Part shown: positions 1-13,720 of the stretch, piece after piece
Layout: the number at the start of each line of letters is the position of its first letter
How positions within the stretch are numbered: the stretch's first letter is position 1
From: Podarcis filfolensis
Taxonomy: Eukaryota
Assembly: GCA_964270895.1 (NCBI GenBank)
Contig: OZ185440.1
Strand: one strand, 5' to 3'
Length of the DNA stretch: 64,000 nucleotides
The notes under the pieces: generated by a model
What the model was told of the DNA's origin: nothing
The model's database searches: none
Seen by the model: the letters and a program-made list of their open reading frames with translations, nothing else
Translations under genes and position numbers: made by a program

Positions 1-442
1 CCTGTATCCAGGTTGTGTTTAGAACTTGGTTAACTTTTTTCCATTCCCTGGGAAGAAAGGAGGCTGGGACTGCAAAGATGTGTGTTTTAACTCTGAGGCT
101 GAAATACACAGTTGTCTGCTTTACCTTTTTGTGTTAAAGCTTACAAGGACAGACAAAATATCATGGTAGAAGAGGAGGCAAGGACGCTGGCCTTCTGCCA
201 TCGTAAGTCCATCTGCCAAATATGTCTATAGACCCATTATAGCTAGAAGGACTCAGCAGTTTCTTTTGCAGAAATGCTTCATTCTGGTTGCCCCCAAGGT
301 GCAACTGAAATCTCTGGCTCAACTGAGCTAATCCCTCTTCCAGAGTGCAGAGGTTTCCACATGCTAGAGGTGGAAGGTACAAATAGGCATATGAAGAACT
401 GGACCATTAAGTCAGCAATGATAATCTTCACTGATCCCACCA

Positions 443-468
443 TTTATTTATTTATTTATTTATTTATT
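443..468. repeat. (TTTA)n microsatellite
   Basis: About 6 direct TTTA copies; reads (AAAT)n on the minus strand, possibly an old retroelement tail. Confidence 0.9.
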
Positions 469-3400
469 GTAGCCAGCATATAAACTGGCGGCAATATTTC
501 AAAACTAGGAATCCCAATTTTCATTCTTTGGAGTATGTTTTTGAAAGAGCAGGTTTGTAGGCTTTGTAGTTTTAAGGACATTTGAAAGAATGAAAGCAGT
601 GCCACAAAAGATTCTAGCAATGGCTGTATGTTTTGTGACATGCATTAGTATCTGTCTCAAAAGCTTGGGTCAAAAAATCCTCTCCTTCATTTTATGATGT
701 GAACCCTGGAGAACCTGTTTTAATTATGCTCCTTTTGCAAAGGAAGAATTCTGTTTTTAAATCTAGTTTCTTTACTAAGTGGCATTTAGGGTAAGGAAGC
801 TACACAGAAGATGTTATACCATAGGACCATACTAAAATTCCATGTGTTCTCCAGCACAAAGACTCCAGAAACAACCATTGTCAAGACTAAGAAAGGATAC
901 TGAAATCGAGGGAGATATGTCCAAATGTTTTGCCTCGATTCCAACCCAATGAATAGCTCACCTGTACAAAGATCCCATTTGAAATGGATATCTGGACAAA
1001 ATGAGCACACAGTAAGGTAGCTTTACTGAAGACTTAGTCTCTCCTTCAAACTCTCCTTTGATTGATGTGTGTAAAGTTTGTCTAACTGAACTAATGCTGC
1101 CTTGGGATCCAGTTTCAGCTGACTGGGTGGTCTGGTCACAAACCTTCCCTACACATGGGATACATTTCAATCACTGGGAGTGCCAGATGAATCAGCCTGA
1201 GTCACCCCAGTCCAAAGGTTCCAAAAAATATGCTACTATCAGTACTATTAAATCTTTGCCATTTTATTAATAAAAATCATTGATATATGAAAATAAAGAA
1301 ATAGCAAAAAAAAACAGTTTGAGTGTTTGTCTTATGTGATGCAATGATCAGAGGGAAGGACAAGACAAGCTCAAGTTCAAGTCCCCATTCAGCCAAGGAG
1401 CTGTCTGAATAAATGTTGGCCACTTGTCCCACCTCACAGGTTTGTTCTGAGGATCTGCATTTGAGTAGGAGACCCAAAGATATTTACCTGGAGCCATTTC
1501 ATTTGGAGAATTTTTTTTTAACCCAACCAATTTTAATGCTTTAAATTATGTTTCATGGGGAACCATGTAGCTTTTATTTTTATACACAGTATTCCACCTT
1601 GTTATTTTTTATAGAAGTGTGGCTTATAAATTTGTATAATAATTACAAAAATGTCACTAATTCTGACTATTCCTTCTCTGCTGCTTCCTACTCAGCACCA
1701 ACAGCTAGACCCCTATGTCCCTAGCCCTACTGGGATGATGCTTTCATTTTATTTTTTAACCAATTAGAATGTTCATAAGCATTTCCATAACACTTCAGCA
1801 CCTGAGACAATGGCATCGGAGGGCTAATTTAAATCAGATGAAGTCAGATCTCTTACAGTTAGCAGCTCAGGAGGTTCTAAAGGAAGGAGGCCATGTTTAT
1901 ATCAGTTTTGCTGTTGTTGTATTTACCTGTTTCACTGTGGCAAGTTGGCAAAAGCACCCTTTTCTGGAAATCGACATGATCTGTGCTCTAATTAGGCACT
2001 TACTGAATCTCTTGAAAACTGTGAAGATTATCCAAAGAAGGATTTGACTTCACAAATAGATATATAGATATTTTGATAACTACAGCAGCCAAGTGATGGT
2101 GTCTCTAGGGTTAAATGGAGGTAAACCTAAGGAACAAGCGTGCCTTTTAACCAGCTAGCCTTTTCATAAACTGATTAGTAAGCATGAAAGGAAGAAGATG
2201 TGGGAAATGTGGCTGAAATCTGTGGCCAGGCCTTTATGTCCTGTAGACTGTTATGTTAGCTTTTGTAACAAAGCCTTGTAGAATATCACAGATATTAAAT
2301 GTGTGGTGCTCATTTTAACATTACTAGTGCAGTATGTTATTGACCAGCTAATTATGCTGAATTCCATTTATAAACATAGCTAACCACTAAGTTTATGGAG
2401 ACTTTTTGTGCTGCTTTAATAGGATATTGATTGAGAGCAAGGTTTGAGTGGGCGGCCATTGAATTGTGTAATGGCATACAAAAGGCAAGGTCACTGCAAC
2501 GGTTGATTCTAAGCCTGCCGTCTATTTTGTATTATAATTTTTCTTTTTTCACGTCTGCCTTTTCATAGCCAAACTCGGGTTGTAGCCTGTGGGCAGTGGT
2601 GCTTTGCTGTTGAATATGAACTTAAGCTTCTTTAGCGTTTAGTTTCATGCTGCTGATTTTTAACTACTCCTCTTACAATATTGATTAGCACAGCGGAAAA
2701 CTCAAAGGCTTGTGCAAGGAGAAACAGTGTAGCTATCTTGCAGCAGAATATAAGAGATACAACCCTTCAAAATACTGGCTGGTCAATCATCTTTCATTCA
2801 GCACTTCTCACACAAAATCAGCTCCTAGCTGAGACTGTGTTTGTATGAACAATCCTGAACACCGCTTAAATTGAAATGAAGTCAGTGACAGTTGAGAAGG
2901 TTGCATAATTTCCACCAAATTATTCGATATCATACAACAAGTGAACCCTTTCCACTAGTGGTTAACTAGTTAAAGAGGGGGAATCGCATAACCACAGGCA
3001 CTCTATCATGATTTTATTTATTCCAAGCACAGAAAAAGGTTCTGAGCCAAACCACAAAGGTTCCTGGCTAAGGTCATACCCTGTTTGCCATTTCTACCGA
3101 AAAGTGCTCTGGCACTCATATTTATTGACTAGTGACTAATTGCCAGTAGCCATTCTACATGTTCAGGCTTCAGCTATTGAGAAAACTGCTGCTGCTCTGG
3201 ATCCAGGGATCTGTTGCAACAGGCTGCATGATCCTAAGGTCTGCTTAAATCACTCTATACACACAGGTCTGGTTCGCAGGACACAGTAACCCAACCTTAC
3301 CATGTGGATGTTGCAGGTATCCAAAGGGGAACACGTCACTCTGCTCCTCCTTGATCTTTGCATGCTGTACTGAGCTAATCCAAGATTTCACTTAGCAAGT

Positions 3401-6084
3401 TGTCCAAACCCAGGCCCATGATTAAGCTCTCTCCTCGCTAACCATAAACTGTAGTCAAAACCAAACCATGGTTAGAGCTTGTGGTTAGTCTGGACAGAAC
3501 TTAACCACAAGCCTGAGTTTGGATGACATGCCAACTTGCTCAGTGCAGCAAGCAAATAAAAAAGATCAGGGAAGAGCAAAGTTCTCCAAGTTCCTTTTTG
3601 CAAGCCCACATGTTTGTGTGGTCCTGGTAAACCAAAAAAATAAACTGTGCCTTTCCTGCCAGCTTTCAGCAGTGTGAATAATTCAGGGCATGATTCAGTT
3701 AATGAGTTCCGTCAATGGAAGCCTGAGCAATGACTTTCGCCCGTGCAATGGAGCTTTGCCATCTCTCCTTCCTCAGTATGCCCCACACCCCTGAAATTGG
3801 CTTGGGGGTGGTCAGGAAAACCCCCAGAACAGTGAATGAGTGGAGGAGAGGGGGGAATCATTCCATATGACAAGCTGAAATGCTTGCACTGGCAAAACAA
3901 ACGACACAGTGTGATGTTGAATCCCTCTCATTGTTAAATCCCTGTGTATGTTAATTTCCCAACAACATTACATTCTAGTCAGCAGGCTTAGGTGCCTCAA
4001 ACTAGATTTGTTGTGTTTTTTGTAGAATCAAATATCTTAAGCCAGAGATAAACTGTGTCAACTTCCATCCTGACCACTTTATAGCAGACTGGGATCAATG
4101 ATGATGATGATACCACCCTATACCTGCTGGTCTCAGGACAGTTCACAGGATAAAATCAGAATATAAAACTACGTAATCAAAATAAAAACAACAACAACAA
4201 CCCAATAACACCCCCCCCAAGGATCTACCAAGTTCAAAACTGCAATGGCAGTAGTCACAATGTACCACCTGTTCACTGGGACCTCTTTCTTGCAATACCT
4301 TTTGCTCCCTCCCATCCTGCACTTTCAGCCTTAGTGATACAGCCCAAAACCAGCAATCTGTCTGGCCTTACAAAATCTTCAGGTCAAAAGGTGATAAAAG
4401 AAGAGGTTTGACCTCCCAAGGTGATTGTGGGGAGTCATGCTGTACATGAGGGTTCACTGCTTTATTGCTTTTTAAGCAATAATGATTCATGCTATACAGT
4501 AGTTGAATTATTGCAAGTTTCAAACACTAGGGTGCCACCTTATGCCAATCTAAAACATACATTTCATTTTAGTTTCCTATTGCCAGAGACGCTACATACA
4601 ATTCACCTGTTTGTGTGACAGTGAAACAGATTGTTATCTGTTGCTTTAACGGAAGAGTCTAACCAAAGGCTGCATACCTAGACAGTCTAATGCCAGGCAA
4701 CAGTACCACAAGATTCACTTTTTCCTAGGTTTTCTAGTTGCAATAAATTATATCATCCTTGTCGTGTTTGGTTTACTGTTTGAATAGACTGATTTATAAA
4801 GTAAAATATTGACTAGAAGTTTAATAACTAGAGCAGGTGAAAAATAAGCTTATTAATTTGATGTGTGGATATGAGTGTGGATGTATGTGTTTGCGTGGGG
4901 AGGATCCCTCTGTCAGTACTTTAAAATTATTGCATCAACACGAGGATCTAAGTGTGACATATAGATCTCTTATGTACACAGAGATCTCCATTTAGTTTAA
5001 TGAGATAGTGATCCATATGTGTAATAAACTATGCATATAGATTGGCACCTTCCACTGAAATGAATATGGACATTTCTCTGAATATGTGTTGGAGCAAATA
5101 AAAAATTAAGCCCCCCGCCCTTCCGCAGAATTAGAGAAAATTCTGGCAAAAGCATTCCTAAAATGGCAGTAATAATTAACTGGAGTTAGATTATGAGGAG
5201 TTAGATTATGATTTAAATTTAGTTTTTCACTGGAGATGAAAATCAGCAAAGCACTAACTTTTTGAGCCCTGGGACAATGGAGTCCATTTCTCCTTGGACT
5301 GTCTGGATTATGTCATAGTAAAATACAATCAAGGAACCTTTGATCAATTGAACAGGGTGGTGACAGGTACTCCTAATTCACTGTTGTTAGTGAATATTGA
5401 CAAACTGGTAATGATCATACTGCAGAATGTCATTCAGACCAAGAATATTAGCATTCTTTAAAGGTCAAAAGCAATAGCTTCATAGAGACAGAATTCCATA
5501 CAATTCCAGCATCAGATACTTCACATTCTACATAGAATGACCATATATTTCAGCACAAGAACCATTATTTTCAAAAAGACTGGGCATGACCCCATATTTG
5601 TGCATGAATCTGTATTTAAAGGTTGCTAAACCACTGGTTGTATAAATCATCAGTGTTACATCAAACAAATATTGCACATGCATGTACACAGGTGGTGCAA
5701 ATGCAAAGCCTATGCTATTGTGCATTAAAAGACTGACTGTTTAAAGTTTGGTTAAACATTAACGTTCTAATTTCAAAAATGTAGAAATGGGCTCTGAAAA
5801 TATTTGCAATGTGAGGCAACTGTTCTCAAACTGTGGGTCCTGACACATCGGTGAGTTCCGACTTGTTCCTAGGTGTACTGAACAATCAGCATTTGTTTCC
5901 CCTCTATTCCGAGGGCAAATGGATAAGAGCCAGCCATTTATATCTTCTTCCACTAAGCCTGTCAATTCTCGAGCACATTCTACACAGAAACCTATATGCA
6001 AAGTTATGCCAACTTTCTAGCCCTCAGGGCTCCTCGTAGTTGGACACCCAGCTCCTCTCTGCTTCAAGTCACAGTGTAGAAGTG

Positions 6085-6087
<3 letters not shown>

Positions 6088-6117
<30 letters not shown>
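6088..6117. repeat. (TG)n microsatellite
   Basis: About 15 TG units. Confidence 0.95.
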
Positions 6118-6118
<1 letters not shown>

Positions 6119-6154
6119 TAACACCTTTATTGTGCTTTATGTAAACGGCTTAGG

Positions 6155-6290
6155 CAGGCATGGCCAAACCTGGCCCTCCAGCTGTTTTGGGACTACAATT
6201 CCCATCATCCCTGACCAGTGGTCCTGTTAGCTATGGATGATGGGAGCTGTAGTCCAAAAACAGCTGGAGGGCCAAGTTTGGCCATGCCTG
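6155..6290. mobile_element. Non-autonomous hAT-type MITE (136 bp, near-palindromic)
   Basis: TIRs caggcatggccaaac / gtttggccatgcctg, extended internal palindrome, 8-bp TSD ggcttagg/agcttagg (7 of 8 match). Confidence 0.85.
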
Positions 6291-6306
6291 AGCTTAGGGA
6301 TCCTGC

Positions 6307-6307
<1 letters not shown>

Positions 6308-6350
<43 letters not shown>
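6308..6350. repeat. (TAT)n microsatellite
   Basis: About 14 TAT units. Confidence 0.95.
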
Positions 6351-6806
6351 TTGTTATAAATAAATAGCAAACAATAGTGGCACACAACAGCAATGCTGAA
6401 ACACAACAGCAGCTCCCTCCCATCAATTGGGACTACCAGGACAGAGCAACCCAATCAGTTGCAGTTTCTTCTAGAGTGCCGTTTGGTGGCCATATATGTC
6501 CTTAATCAGTGTAACATCACAAATTGTATCAGGCTAGAGTCTGCATGCATGCTTTGCTTTTCTACTACAGCAATTTGTAGGACAGCAGGTTTCAGAATGA
6601 ACAACGTCCTTTTGTAAAATCAGGACCCTATTACTATAATATGATACATCCAACCTAATTAGAAATATAGCACGATTTACTTGATGTAAAGCATGGTGAA
6701 CTGGAGAATGAATGATCAGTTTCATAAAACGTTTTGCATAGTAATCATGAGGGATGGAGGAATCAAAGAAAGAAATATGTCAAAGTAAGATATTCTAATG
6801 TAACTA

Positions 6807-6974
<168 letters not shown>

Positions 6975-7901
6975 TTAATGTGAATGAAATTGAATATTTA
7001 ATTTTCCACTTATCACTAATTGCTGTTTAGGTAGGCAGATATATGGTTAGAGTTGAGGAAAGTTAACATGACAGATTAACAGGGAGAATTGTATATATTA
7101 AAGCATCACAGCTGGAAATCTGAAACAAAAGAAGCTCATTTTAATAAACAGTTACCTCAGATGACCCTAAAGACTTAACAATTGAAATTAAAATACTGTA
7201 CCTAGGAATCAGATGGGACAGCTAAGTTCTTTAATCGTTTTAAACATTATTCTCTAAAGAAACATCTGATCAGGATTATCTACTCATTCATTCAAACAAA
7301 ACAAGATTTAAAGATGTACTCTTCTTTTCTGAGGTTACATTAGGGAAATCTTAAAATAGCAGCTGTTAAAAAATCTTGAAAATGAATGCTTTTCACATAA
7401 AAAGAAAAAAAAACTCTTTAAAATGAGCTTTTCAAAACAGAAACCAAATCTTTGCATAAGAAAGCTTTAACTCTAATCCTCTGAATTTCTTTAAGAGACA
7501 AGGCGTATGCTTGCTTGCCGGTTTCATTTGTGTAAGGGATATTTTATATCAAAATGTTATTACACTTCCCATAACAGTATTTCCCTTTTTCTATGAAAAC
7601 ATGTCTATCACCAAATGTTAATTTAATTTTCTGGGTATAATCAATTACAAAACAAGAAGCCTTCAAACTGCAAACCGGGTAACAAGGAATTCTGCTGAAC
7701 CAGATACTATAGTTCATACAGTACATATCAGGACTTCAATTAGAGGTCTGTGGCTGATAGGGCAGCCTGACCTATTGCTTTTGAAATCAGGGTCAAAGAA
7801 ATCTGAGGATAAAGGGATTATTAACAGAACTGTAAAGTTGTTCTTGTCCATAGGATAAGTGGCATACATTTTAAGGTTGTTCTAATTAAGATTACCAAGT
7901 C

Positions 7902-7903
<2 letters not shown>

Positions 7904-7941
<38 letters not shown>
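7904..7941. repeat. (AC)n microsatellite
   Basis: About 19 AC units. Confidence 0.95.
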
Positions 7942-7944
<3 letters not shown>

Positions 7945-8731
7945 TATATTATTTAATGTAATATAAAGCTTTGCTATGCCCAGACATACTAAATTCCTTC
8001 AGCTTCAGTTTCATTGATTTCATTTCCAAATTACCGAAAATACTTTTTATTTATTTAAGTTCTTGCATAATATAACTCCCCCCACAAAAAACCCATATGC
8101 ACACAATTTTATATTTATTTTGCCGGCAAGGTTTAATTGAACTCGAATGATTTATTTTGATTTATCAAAAATTAAAATTGCAGGTCCATTACTGTTAAAG
8201 TGTTTCAGTATTGATATAGCATTATTAGAAGCAGCCTTTGTACATTCTCCATTCAAGCAACACATTCAAGCTGATTTCCCAATAAATAATGTAGGGCTGG
8301 AAGCACATTTCTTCAGCCCACTGGCACCAGCAGAATCCTGAATCTGCCAGCATTATTTTCATTTCTATAACCCAGGTTTATAGCGTTTGAGCAAACAGTA
8401 AAAGCCAGGTGTTATTAGCTAACATTTCTCCTAGATAGGTACCCAGCTAACCTGAATGGCAGAGTATCAAGCTCAGAACACAAAATCAATGCAGGCTTTA
8501 CAATTGTGAACCGCATTCACAAATACATAAATTAATTCCCAGTGTAAGCCATGTGCATGCTCACAAACTCATAGGAAATGTTTGCATCCACAAGCACTAC
8601 TGAATGTAAGCCTTGCGTATATTCTCATCAATAAGGATTATAGGAAATTGTATAGAATAGCCATGGAAAGATGTGCATAATAACCAGCAATTATGCACAT
8701 TCACTATGGTCATTCTGCACATTCTCTACAG

Positions 8732-8983
8732 CAGGGGTAGGCAACCTAAGGCCCGTGGGCCGGATGCGGTCCAATTGCCTTCTCAATCCGGCCCATGGAC
8801 GGTCCGGGAATCAGCGTGTTTTTACATGAGTAGAATGTGTCCTTTTATTTAAAATGCATCTCTGGGTTATTTGTGGGGCATAGGAATTCATTCATTCTTT
8901 TTTTTTCAAAATATAGCCCAGCCCACCACATGGTCTGAGGGATGGTGGACCAGCCCACGGCTGAAAAAGGTTGCTGACCCCTG
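8732..8983. mobile_element. Non-autonomous hAT (Charlie-like) element, 252 bp
   Basis: Termini caggggtaggcaacct / aggttgctgacccctg; perfect 8-bp TSD ctctacag at 8724-8731 and 8984-8991. Confidence 0.9.
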
Positions 8984-9148
8984 CTCTACAGTTTAGCTAT
9001 TTAGAGTAAAAGGTATAGTGTGCTGTCCTTTTAATGAAGACACTCAAAGCTGCTAACAAAACATACAAAACAAGATAAGAAGAAGCCAATCATTAAAAAC
9101 AGGTTCATACATAAAAACCACAGCAGCTGAAAACAGCATTAAAATGCA

Positions 9149-9150
<2 letters not shown>

Positions 9151-9220
<70 letters not shown>
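9151..9220. repeat. Compound (CA)15(GA)20 microsatellite
   Basis: Direct reading. Confidence 0.97.
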
Positions 9221-9223
<3 letters not shown>

Positions 9224-9749
9224 TGACTTGATGAATAAACTCTTACAAAATGAGACTTTTAGTATTTGTTGCACAAGTTGTAAATACTGCTTTTCTGTAC
9301 TGCAAAGTAATGCCAGCATTGAAAATCCTTGCCATGTAGAGTATCTTACTATACAGAGACATCTTAAAATCTTAAAATAGTAGTGATCAATTAGAACTTA
9401 AAGCCTATTATCTTAACCAAATGCCTGATTAGAAAGAAAAGCCTTCCCTACTCTAACTGCAACTTGATTCCTCTTGGTTTTATCCCCTACCTAGATAATC
9501 CTCTGTTTCACAAACAATGTCAAGCAAGTAACTTCTAATAATACTTACAAAATAGGTGTCCATGATACTTATTACAGGGGCACCTGAAAAAGTTGCTGAA
9601 AAGATTTCTGATCTATCAAGCAGTACACCTACTAACTTAAGTATTAGCCATATGTTCTGATGTGACAGTGAAGCTGGAAAAGATTTGAAATGCAATGAAA
9701 TGATTAAATTTGGATAATGATGTATGAAGTACATGTCTGGTGTCTTTCA

Positions 9750-11310
9750 GATTATACATTGTAAACTATCAATGGAAGGGGATACATTCTGGGACTTTAT
9801 GCTGATGATGTTGCTTTATGTACACAGACCCAGTTGATGCTGGAAGGTTACTGAGTATAGAATCGGATACCTTTTTCAATGTCTCTGGACAAAAATGGGA
9901 AGTATTGTTATTTCATACTTCCCCACAATTTTCCAAAATATTACAAATCCCAATAACTAAGAAATGCTCCAGATACTGCAACTAAACTAACGCTTGTTTC
10001 AAAATTATTATTTTTATTTCAGATGGTACCAGTTTGGATCCCACCTGCCCATATGTTCCAGTGGGGAAGAAAACTTAACAAACTCATATTTCAGACAGAC
10101 AGACAGACCACGCATTTAAAAATATTTGCTGTACCTTCACCGAACTGTTGGAGGATGGGAACTCCAAAATCTAAACAGCTATTACAATGCATGTCAACTC
10201 AGCAACATGACAGACCTAATGTCTGGCAACAAAGAAACTCAATGGAACATTTGAAAACTTAGAAATAAATGGTGTTCCTCTAAAAGTAATACCTTTAAAA
10301 AAAATAAATTCCTCTCTTTGCACTGGCTTACAAATCTGTTCACACTTACAACTTTGAAAATTTGGACAAAATAGGCGAAGGTTCTGGTTTCAGGCCTCTC
10401 ACCTATTATTTCATTACAATTCCACTCTGTTTTCAAAAATAAATATAGTGTCTATACTACAGATATATGGAAATAAAAATAATGTTTTTATTGGAATTTA
10501 TTTTTACAAAGATGAACGACTGCTTATCTTTAATAAGATGCAATTTAAATTGGAAAATATTGAAATATCATGGCTATTAGGCTACCAATTAAGGTCGTTT
10601 TTCACATATTCCCAGATTAAAAATGAAGCCACAAGACAATTAATGACATATGAAGAAATAATAGTCAAAGAAAATATAATAGCAAACATATTATCATCAT
10701 CTTTGTATAAATATATTACAGAGATTGAGTTTTGTCCTCAGCAAAATTTGAGAAGGTTGTAGGAACTGAATTAAGATTTAGAAGTTGAAATAGAGGCATG
10801 GAACAGAAAGTGGACAAAAGTGCCATAAAAATCCATTTTAGCAACAATGAAAGGAAGAGCCCTAAACCAGAGAAAGAACCCTAGACGCCTAGCCTATATA
10901 AAACTGGACAGTTCTCCTATGTGTTGTAGAGGATCTCCCACTATAAGGACATATCAGCACATGTGGTGGGAGTGTCCAAAAACAGAAAAGTTCTGGGAAA
11001 ACGTATTTACAGAAATATAGATTATAAGACAGGCAGTCCTCATGATCCCAGGAATGGCTATACTTAACTCGCATGTTGCAAATTAGAAACGAAGAACTTA
11101 TAACATAGCTATTAACTGCCGCAAGAACTATTATTAACTATTGACCAATGGGTATAACGCAATTTGCAAAACAACATTATTGGAAAAACTGACATAAAAA
11201 TTAAAAGTAGCAAGAGGTTAAAAGAAACATGACAATTTTCATGCAATCTGGTGTGACTTTATTGACTACACACTTAATGAGGCATATGGTAGAACAGTAC
11301 CCCTAGTTTA
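9750..11310 (+). mobile_element. Decayed L1/Tx1-type LINE ORF2 (RT to C-terminus)
   Basis: LYADD RT motif at 9795-9809; zinc-knuckle-like CCRG...QHMWWECPKTEKFWENVF from 10922; many stops and frameshifts. Boundaries approximate. Antisense to NFIA. Confidence 0.8.
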
Positions 11311-13362
11311 CACTTCTGGTATAGGTACAAAGAAGTTCTAGGCAGTCTCCAATGCAGGCATTGAACAGATCCCAACATATTTAAGTTTCCTCAAAGGTGA
11401 AGTGAAATAAGTCACTATCTGCACTAGAAACAGAACTGTCAGATGTTCCTGAAGTCACCAGAATTGTAATTCACTGTATTTAAATTGAATTTGCGGCAGG
11501 CTAGAAAAGATTTCAACTGTCTTTATGCTTAATAAAAGGTGAAAGCTGTGAAAGCGACGCATCCCTCTGTGGAATTCCGACTATTCACTCACATGCTCCT
11601 ATGTGATGGTGACAATCAGCATGCTGTGAATTATATTCTTCCCATGCCAGTCTATTTAAAAGTTTCACAGTTTGATCAATGCATATTTGCAGTGTGTGCT
11701 TGTGTGTGTTTAATAAAGACATTTAAGTATGGACTTATTGTCCAAATATCTCAGCGTTAAAATAAAGTTAGATGAAATGAAGGCTTTAAAAATAACGGGC
11801 CAATTGCTATTCCAAAGAAATCACTTTAGCTGTACTGCATGGGTTTCCCCTCTATTGCTCTTGCTACCATCATTTGCTGACAGTTGCTTTTCATATCAGT
11901 TCAGCATCACACGAATAACTAACGGCCACTTCGTTAGCCATTCAAATGAAGCATTTCCTTCCAAATAACCACTAAGCTACTGGGTTCACATGCCCATATT
12001 ATCCAAAGCTTGCTTGCACATATGGCTTTAGAAAAGTTTTTAAGAACCACCAGCACATTCTTTGAGGCATATAGCAGGAAAAAAATTAGACTATCTGGGA
12101 TAAATCATGTTAGCACAATGGATGGACACCTTAAAGACTTTAAAGTCATGTAATACAATCCTAGGCTGGATCTTTCTTGTTGAAAAAGGCAGAATACAAG
12201 TGGCCGAGAGAAAAAAGAGCCAATATTTGACAACACAAATCAGCATAACCTTTTAACTGCAGCAGTCATGGATGACTGCCCTTTGACCTGGAGAGATTAT
12301 GTGGGATTTCAATGACAACAGCTGGAAGTGAGCATGTGTGAATAGAGAACAGAAGATCTTAGGCCTAACACAAAAGCCTGTCCAGATCAGAGCATTGATT
12401 AGAAATTGTTTCCTGGTCCCAGTTTAATAGAGTGTAATAATGAAAGTTTTGTTAACTCTTCATAGCATGCACAAAATTAGTTGGAACTTGTTCTTTGTAG
12501 TCTTCTCAAAAATTTCACAGATTCATCTCGTAAGAGAGATCATTTCAGAATAATTGCAAATGGGGATAATTGCCTAAGAATTCTTTGGACTGCACATTGA
12601 AATAAGAGCAACATCATGTAAAAGATAATAATCTTGGCTTCAAAGGACACTGTCAAATTCTACACCTGGAATAAATATAAATAAAGCTAAAATGAAATAC
12701 TCTTATTTATCCCTGTTTTGTCTCTTACAATGCATGATAACATGGAATAATAGAAAATTACCACTGAACCAAAACTTTCTATCTAGGGTACTAAACTTAT
12801 TTCACAACATTCAAATGAGAGATTCTTAAGTGGGTCATGTGGAACTTGTTAACATGAGTAGTCATAATATTTACAATAATTATTGGAACAATATGACGCA
12901 TAATCCTAAGAAGAAGGATTGCAGCAGGGCGACATCAGGCTAGTTCTCAAAGGGGGAGAAACCTGTGGTGAGCTGTACTTCTTGATACTGCACGTGAAAG
13001 CTCAGATGTATATATAAAACTAGATGTCAAATAAAAGATTTCTAATGTAGCCTTCTCCCGAACAGCTAGTTTTCCATGTGCAGGAATTCTATTTTGTATT
13101 GAGAAGAACTCCACCATATAAATCCTCATCTGCTGTTGCAAGTGGCATAGCCCAATTGGTTTGCCATCTCACTGAGTTGGCTGCTACAGATGTGAGAGAG
13201 AAGGGGCAAGGAGGAGTTTAATATGGCAGTTCAATATAAGCTGGCTTATAGTGAGTTAAACCACTGGTAGGTACATCTAGTAAAGTAGTACTCTCCAACA
13301 TTTCAGGCAATGGTCTCTACTAGGTGCTACCTGACATGCCTTAATTGAAGATAGTAGAGATG

Positions 13363-13720
13363 CCTGAAGGAGTGTCTCCACGCCCATTGTTCAGCCCAGA
13401 CACTGAGGTCCAGTGCCAAGGGCCTTCTGGCAGTTCCCTCACTGTGAGAAGTGAGGTTACAGGGAACCAGGCATAGGGCCTTCTCGGTAGTGGCACCCGT
13501 CCTGTGGAACGCCCTCCCATCAGATGTCAAGAAAATAAACAACTATCTGACTTTTAGAAGACACCTGAAGGCAGCCCTGTAACGGATTTTTTTTTTTAAA
13601 TGTTTGATGCTTTATTGTGTTTTTAATATTCTGTTGTAAGCCACCCAGAGTGGTTGGGGCAACCCAGTCAGATGGGTGGCATACAAAAAGAAGAAGAAGA
13701 GGAGGAGGAGGAGGAGGAGA
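13363..13720 (+). mobile_element. L2-clade LINE 3' fragment with (GAA)/(GGA) tail
   Basis: Encodes ...RAFSVVAPVLWNALPSDVKKINNYLTFRRHLKAAL, a typical L2 ORF2 C-terminus, followed by a 3' UTR; closely similar to the copy at 37840. Confidence 0.85.

Noticed and set aside
443-1200. Possible very old L1-like relic on the minus strand ending in (AAAT)n
   Set aside because: Only vague motif resemblance; could not be aligned confidently by eye.
5182-5211. Scattered 12-20 bp tandem duplications (5182, 14481, 18821, 27859, 59664)
   Set aside because: Ordinary slippage or repair duplications with unrelated sequences; no shared motif suggesting a system.
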